From the NCBI GenBank assembly GCA_963575745.1, contig CAUYUJ010000189.1, forward strand, positions 62,001 to 117,040: a DNA stretch of 55,040 nucleotides. The letters run 5' to 3'. The notes below the pieces were generated by a model that ran no database searches, had not been told where the DNA came from, and saw only the letters and a program-made list of their open reading frames with translations. The translations under genes and the position numbers were made by a program. The first letter of the stretch is position 1. Each line of letters opens with the position of its first letter. This DNA comes from Prorocentrum cordatum. Its lineage: Eukaryota. Positions 48,310 to 55,040 of this stretch are shown here, piece after piece.

Positions 48310-50307
48310 TCAAGCGACGGCGGTCAATGCAAACGAGGGCCAGCCAGAGGGCCGGATCTTGCAGAGCCAGGGTCGTACTGACCCCGGTTTGGGTGCAGGA
48401 TCTTGCGGAATGGTGCAGGACCCGGCTGACCCGGATCTGGATTGACCCGGGTCCACAGATCCCCGAGGTCGTCGTCTTGTCGCTGGCACTGCTGGCTCCA
48501 GTGTCGCATGCGATGCAGCCGTTCCCCCCGAGGCCCCTGGGGGAGGAGGTTGATTAAAGTGGGTCATCAGTGGAGGAGGTGGGAGAGGAAGCCGTGGGCT
48601 CGCCCACCCCCCCGAGGGGCGGAGCAGCCAGGTCCTCTGACGCCCCCTTGGGTGGGTGGGAGGAGAACGACAGAATGGCAACGATGGGTGGCTGCGCCTA
48701 GCCCTGTATAGAGGACGAGTAGGTCCTTCTGCTCCTCGACCTCCTCCTCCTCCTCCGCCTCCTCCTCCGCCCCCTCCTCCTCCTCCTCTGCCTCCTTGGA
48801 CCTCGGTGGCATGATTGCCAGAAACAAGGGCGCTGCCATCCCCTCCTCCTCCTCCTCCTTTTTCTCCTCCTCCTCCTTTGTCTCCTCCTCCTCCTCCTCC
48901 ACCTCCTCCTCCTCCTCCTCCTCCGATTGCATACTCCCTCCCTGCTTTCTCCTCCCGACTCAGGACTGGCGGGCCGCCCCCCCCTGGCGGGTCCGCGCCA
49001 GAACAACTCCGTTCGCGCGAAGAGGACTGCGTGCACGTGCGCCAACCCTGGCCAGGCCGCCGAAGCGGACATGCGGAGCCCAGAGTCAGGGATGGGAGGA
49101 GGAGGAGGAGGAGGAGGAGGAGGAGGAGGAGGAGGAGGAGGAGCAGGAGGAGGGGGAGGAGGAGGAAGAGGAGGCGGAGGCGGAGGCGGAGGCGGAGGCG
49201 GAGGCGGAGGCGGAGGTGGAGGTGGAGGCGGAGGCGGAGGCGGAGGCGGAGGCGGAGGCGGAGGCGGAGGCGGAGGCGGAGGCGGAGGAGGAGTAGGAGG
49301 AGGAGGAGGAGGAGGAGGAGGAGGAGGAGGAGAAAGGAGGAGGATGAGAAGGAGGAGGAGGAATATGAATAATATTATTCTTAGTATTATTATTATTATT
49401 ATCATTATTAATAATAATATTAAGATTATTAACAATAATAATCATCGTAGTAATAATAGTACTAATAATAATAACAATAATATTAATAATAATACTAATA
49501 ATAATAATACTGATATTACTAGTAATAATGAAGCTAATATTAGTAATACTACCAATAATAATACTAATTAATAATAATACCCATAATAATAAGAATACTA
49601 GTACGAATAACAATAAGAAGAATAATATTAGGAATGCTAAGACGAAGACGAATACTAATAATCATCATAAGAAGAATAGTAATATGAATAATAATAAGAA
49701 TACGAATGCTAGTAGTAATAAGAATAATAATAATAATCATACTCAGAATACTAAAACGAACACTACTAATAATACGAATAAGAAGAGGAGGAGGAGGATG
49801 ACGAGGAGGAGGAGGAGGAGGACGACGAGGTGGAGGTGGAGGTGGAGGTGGAGGTGGAGGTGGAGTGGGGGTGCAGGAGGAGGAAGTAGGAGAGAGGAGA
49901 GGAGGGGGAGGAGTGGAGGAGGAGGAAGGGGGGGGAGACACGGAGCGCTATCTCTTCACAACGAGGGCCCAACACCACAGCATGGCAGGGAACAACGCAC
50001 CCTCGGAGATCCAGGTCCGTCGTGGCGAGCCGGTGCCACCTCGCCGCCGCCGCCGCCCTCGGCCGCCGCACTCGTCGTGGAAGCCTCCTCGCCCTCGTCG
50101 CCGTCGTCGTCCGCCGTGGCCGCCGCCAGCCCGCGCCCGCGGCCGCCGTGGAGTCGTGGCCTCCGCCGCAGCCATGGCCGCCCAGGCGGAGGGTCGGGCG
50201 GCCCGCCCGGGGGCCCCCCCGGCGCCCAGCGGCCCTCGGGGAGACCGGGCGCTCCAGCGCGGGCACCTTGCCCGGACGTGGGGCGACGGCGTGCAGGCTG
50301 GCACGGC
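48310..50307 (-). CDS. 3' part of a spliced - strand gene, hypothetical protein; complement(join(48310-48536,48698-48725,48999-49047,50001-50039,50267-50307))
   Basis: Five unique islands between microsatellites, each with an AG|G acceptor and GT, GT, GC, GC donors. They join in phase to AVPACTPSPHVRAR|WHRLATTDLDLRG|VGARARSPLRANGVVL|DLLVLYTGL|GASGGTAASHATLEP...LTAVA*. The reading frame and the last donor (48698 vs 48703) are ambiguous, and the 5' exons were not found. Confidence 0.5.
49095..49935. repeat. (GGA)n/(GGAGGC)n, then degenerate (AAT)n, then (GGA)n/(GGAGGT)n
   Basis: Direct reading. Confidence 0.9.
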
Positions 50308-50314
50308 CTTGGTG

Positions 50315-50793
50315 GCGAGGAGGAGGGAGGAGGGAGGAGGGAGGGAGGGAGGAAGGGAGGAAGGGAGGAAGGGGAGGAGGGAGGAAGGGAGGAGGGAGGA
50401 GGAGGAGGGAGAGGGAGGAAGGGAGGAGGGAGGAAGGGAGGAGGGAGGAAGGGAGGAGGGAGGGGAAAGAGGGAGGGAGGGTGGAAGGGAGGTGGGAGGG
50501 AGGTGGAGGGGAGGAGGGAGGGAGGGGAGGTGGGAAGGGGGAGGAGGGAGGAGGGGTGGGGGGGAGGGGTGGGGGGGGTGGGAGGGGGGGCGGGGGGGGG
50601 GGGGGGAGGGAGGGGGGTGGGGTGGGGGGGGTGGGGGGGTGGAGGGGGGACGGGGGGAGGAGGAAGGGGAGGGAAAGCAAGGAGGAGGGAAAGAGGGAGG
50701 AGGGAGGGAGGAGATGGAGGGAGGAATGAGGGAGGGAGGGAGGGGGGAGGGAGGAGGGAGGAGGGAGGGAGGGAGGAGGGAGGAAGGAGAGGG
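50315..50793. repeat. G-rich polypurine low-complexity tract
   Basis: Direct reading; many G3+ runs. Confidence 0.9.
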
Positions 50794-50799
50794 ATTTTT

Positions 50800-53749
50800 A
50801 CCTAACAGCGAAGACTGATAGGTTTCTAGTAGGGTCAAAAGACAGCATCATGACTCCCCAGGGGGGTCTGGGCGGGATCCAGACAGGGTGCCCCGGGAAA
50901 CCGGGGACTCCTTTTTTAGCCAACACTAACGCACTTCGTGGTCCTCGAGTTCCCAGAACTCCATTCCTGGGCATGATTTTGAATGCCCGGAGCCAACTGT
51001 AGGCCACTTCGTGGTCTTCGAGTTCCCAGACCTCCATTCCCGGGCATGATTTTGAATGCCCGGAGCCAACTGTAGGCCACTTCGTGGTCTTCGATTCCTG
51101 GGCATGATTTTGAATGCCCGGAGCCAACTGGTCTTCGAGTTCCCAGAACTCCATTCCTGGGCATGATTTTGAATGCCCGGAGCCAACCGTAGGCCACTTC
51201 GTGTTCTTCGAGTTCCCAGAACTCCATTCCCAGGCCACATTTTGAATGCTGAGGCAGGCTGATGCTGAGGCTGAGGCAGGCTGAGGATGAGGCAGGCTGA
51301 GGCTGAGGCCGAGGCTGAAGGCAGACTGTGGCTGAGGCTGAAGCAGGCTGAGGCTGAGGCTGAGGCAGGCTGAGGCTGAGGCTGAGGCAGGCTGAGGCTG
51401 AGGCTGAGGCTGATGCAGGCTGAGGCTGAGAGGCTGAGGCTGAGGCTGAGGCAGGCTGAGGCTGAGGCAAGCCGAGGCTGAGGCCGAAGGCGCAGAAGCA
51501 GTACTGAGGCTGAGGCTGAGCATCTGAGCTGAGGCTGAGCTGAGGCTGAGGCAGGCTGAGGCTGAGGCTGAGGCCAGGCTGAGGCTGAGGCAGGCTGAGC
51601 TGCGGCTGAGGCTGATATTGCAGGCTGAGGCCTGAGGCAGGCGGAGGCTGAGCCGAGGCTGAAGCAGACTGAGGCCGAGGCTGAAGCAGACTGCGGCTTG
51701 AGGCTGGAGGCAGGCTGAGGCTGAGGCTGTGGCTGATGCTGAGGCAGTCTGAGGCTGAGGCTGAGGCTGTACCTGAGGCTGAGGGCAGCAGGCTCAGCTG
51801 AGGCAGGCTGAGTAAGGCTGGAGGTCGAGGCTAGCGGCCATGACTGAGGCTGAGCTGCAAGCAAGGCTGAGCTGAGGCTGAGCAGGCTGAGCTGAGGCCT
51901 GAGACTGAGGCGAAGGCTAAATGCGGGGGCCAAGGCCAGATGAGGCTGGCGGCTGAGGCTGAGGCTGAGGCTGAAGCAGGCTGAGGCTGAGGCAGGGTGA
52001 GGCTGAGGCCGAGGCTGAAGGCAGACGGAGGCTGAGGCTGAAGCAGGCTGAGGCTGAGGCTGAGGCAGGCTGAGGCGGAGGCTGAGGCAGGCTGATGCTG
52101 AGGCAGGCTGCTGAGGCTGAGGCTGAGGCTGATGCGGGCTGAGGCTGAGGCAGGCTGAGGCTGAGGCCGAGGCTGAAGGCAGACTGAGGCTGAGGCTGAG
52201 CAGGCTGAGGCTGAGGCTGAGGCAGGCTGAGGCTGAGGCAGGCTGAGGCTGAGGCTGAGGCAGGCTGAGGCTGTGGCTGTGACTGCGACTGCCGTTGCCA
52301 CTGCGACTGCCATCGCGAATGCGACTACGACTGCGAGAACAGCAGAATTCTAGAATTCTACAACTGGATTCTCATCTGAATCTTAAGGGGAATGCTTCCA
52401 GATATGCTCCTACACATCGCTGTTAGGTTGCTTTGCCAGGATATTTACCTAACAGCGAAGACTGACAGGTTTCTAGTAGGGTCAAAAGAGAGCATCATGA
52501 CGCCCCAGGAGGGTCTGGGCGCGATCCGGGGGAGGGTGCCGGGGACTCCTTTTTTAGCCAACAGTTACACACTTCGTGGTCTTCGAGGTCCCAGAACTCC
52601 ATTCCTGGGCCACATTCTGAATGCCCGGAGCCAACTGCAGGCCACTTCGTGGTCTTCGAGTTCCCAGAACTCCATTCCCGGGCCACATGTTGGATGCCCG
52701 GAGCCAACTGTAGGCCACTTCGCGCTCTTCGAGTTCCCAGAACTCCATTCCTGGGCATAATTTTGAATACCCGGAGCCAACTGTAGGCCACTTCGTGGTC
52801 TTCGAGTTCCCAGAACTCCATTCCTGGGCATGATTTTGAATTCCCGGAGCCAACTGTAGGCCACTTCGTGTTTTTCGAGTTCCCAGAACTCCATTCCCGG
52901 GCCACATTTTGAATGCTGAGGCAGGCTGATGCTGAGGCTGAGGCAGGCTGAGGCTGAGGCCGAGGCTGAGGCTGAGGCCGAGGCTGAAGGCAGACTGAGG
53001 CTGAGGCTGAAGCGGGCTGATGCTGAGGCTGAGGCAGGCTGAGGCTGAGGCCGAGGCTGAGGCTGAGGCCGAGGCTGAAGGCAGACTGAGGCTGAGGCTG
53101 AAGCAGGCTGAGGCTGAGGCTGAGGCAGGCTGAGGCTGAGGCTGAGGCAGGCTGATGCTGAGGCAGGCTGAGCCTGAGGCTGAGGCTGATGCAGGCTGAG
53201 GCTGAGGCAGGCTGAGGATGAGGCCGACGCTGAAGGCAGACTGATGCTGAAGCTGAGGCAGGCTGAGGCTGAGGCTGAGGCTGATGCAGGCTGAGGCTGA
53301 GGCAGGCTGAGGCTGAGGCCGAGGCGGAAGGCAGACTGAGGCTGAGGCTGAAGCAGGCTGAGGCTGAGGCAGGCTGAGGCTGAGGCAGAGGCTGAGGCCG
53401 AGGCCGACGGCAGACTGAGGCTGAGGCTGAGGCTGATGCAGGGTGAGGCTGAGGCAGGCTGAGGCTGAGGCCAAGGCTGAAGGCAGACTGATGTTGAGGC
53501 TGAAGCAGGCTGATGCTGAGGCTGAGGCTGAGGCTGAGGCAGGCTGAGGCTGAGGCTGAGGCAGGCTGAGGCTGAGGCTGAGGCTGTGACTGCGACTGCC
53601 GTTGCCACTGCGACTGCCATCGCGAATGCGACTACGACTGCGAGAACAGCAGAATTCTACAACAGGATTCTCATCTGAGTCTTAAGGGGAATTCTTCCAG
53701 ATAAGCTCCTACACATCGCTGTTAGGTTGCTTTGCCGGGATATTTTTTT
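50800..53749 (+). mobile_element. Head-to-tail dimer (50800-52446, 52447-53749) of a Helentron/DINE-like non-autonomous element with 73-bp tandem repeats and (GCTGAG)n
   Basis: ACCTAACAGCGA at 50800 and 52447; its reverse complement TCGCTGTTAGGT at 52417 and 53716; T-runs at all three junctions. Confidence 0.7.
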
Positions 53750-54699
53750 GAATTACGCTCTGATGCGCCGATGAGACGGTCAGCTTGGTACGGCACTCAC
53801 TAGCTGCTGGCAGAAGCACGCGGTATCTAGCAGCACGGGCGCCAAGGTGTAAATGATCCGCCCGACCATACCCATACCACCCCACTCTTATCGTTATACA
53901 GCGCACATGTCGCAACACAACGCTGCAGGAGAAGGGAGTGGGTACGAGGAGGCATAACAAGTAGGGGAGCAGGTGAGATGGGCTTGCGGAGGGCCTAGAA
54001 CCATTAGCATGGGCTTGTACAGGTCATGGGCCATCGGGAGTGCACGATATTCGCACGTTCGACCTGTGGCCTCTGTCTGCACCAAGCACCAACGCGTCAG
54101 TCACGAAAACGCGCACTGATCACAAGGAAGAGCGGTGTTGCCAACAAGAATGTCTGGGGTAACTCAATCAGAGAGAGCATCACCAATATAGAGAGAGCAG
54201 TGGCATCGGTTCTACGTCACCATGCCGTCGACGTGTAAGGAAGGGCATCGACATCACAAAGCAAGTCAAACACGGCGGCTGCGTGGAAACGACATCATCT
54301 GACTGTTCTGACTTCCATCAATGTCATCGTCGCGAGCGTCATTCGAGCAGGCATACTGTGCCAGGAAGCCAACGGTACTAGACGATGGAGAAAGAGGCAT
54401 GGCCCAGGATGTTGTGTGGATGGCGGCGCCACGACAATGGGAGAGAACACTGCGTCCTGCCACTGGGCCGCGAGCAATGCTGCTAAATTCTTTACGCTTC
54501 GCGTATCCCCACCAGCCCATCTCACAGCAGCAACTCTTGCGAAGCATGCCGACAGTCGTGTTTTTCAGGCGTGTGTCCGCTTGGCCCCGCATATCTCCCC
54601 TGTTCCTCCTTCCTCTCGCCTCCTTGTACATCCTCCTTGTGGGGGGAGCGGGAGAAGGACGAGGCGGAGGAGGAGGGAGAGACAGCGCTCCTCGTGATT

Positions 54700-55040
54700 T
54701 GAGTCGTTTGGGGTTTCTCGTCCTGGTGTGAGTCGTTCGGGCCCTTCTTTCTGGTGTGAGTCGTTCGGGCTCTTCGTGGTGTGAGTCGTTCGGGCTCTTC
54801 GTCCTGGTGTGAGTCGTTCGGGCTTCTCGTGGTGTGAGTTGTTCGGGCCCCTCATCCTGTGTGAGTCGTTCGGGCCCCTCCTCCTGGTGTGACTCGTTCG
54901 GGCTCCTCGTGGTGTGAGTCGTTCGGGGCCCGCGTCGTGGTGTGAGTCGTGCGGGCTCCTCGTGGTGTGAGTCGTTCGGGCGCCACGTCCTGGTGTGAAT
55001 CGTTCGGGCCCCTCCTTGTGGTTTGAGTCGTTCGGGCTCT
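54700..55040 (+). repeat. 25-29-bp tandem repeat (GGTGTGAGTCGTTCGGGC...), running off the window end
   Basis: Direct reading; the short variable part is similar between units. Confidence 0.92.

Noticed and set aside
50932..51245. 73-bp repeats of tRNA-like length
   Set aside because: No cloverleaf or acceptor stem found. The units are contiguous tandem copies inside a mobile element.
54700..55040. Conserved GTGAGTCGTTCGGGC with short variable gaps (CRISPR- or iteron-like)
   Set aside because: The gaps are about 10 bp and similar to each other, so this is an ordinary minisatellite.

Overview
Eukaryotic, GC-rich and dominated by repeats. The splice signals (GC/GA as well as GT donors, acceptors always AG|G, tiny exons in multi-kb introns) point to a dinoflagellate, which is an inference. 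Nearly all long ORFs in the track are microsatellite or satellite artefacts. By hand I assembled two spliced genes. The first is a + strand 9-exon gene (20941-47583, 714 nt CDS, about 237 aa) encoding a coiled-coil plus MATH/TRAF-domain protein. The second is the 3' part of a convergent - strand gene (5 exons, 50307-48310) of unknown function. The rest comprises microsatellites, satellites with units of about 11, 25-29, 64, 73, 84 and 91 bp, at least 11 short inverted-repeat elements (117-191 bp) with readable 5-bp or 8-bp target-site duplications (TSDs), two tandem arrays resembling rolling-circle elements, and a diverged palindrome of about 5.5 kb. The best lead is intron 2 of the MATH gene: it is itself one of the 5-bp-TSD elements, and its TSD supplies both splice sites (Introner-type intron gain). 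No rRNA, tRNA, CRISPR array or intact transposase was recognised. All gene models are manual and have no transcript support.
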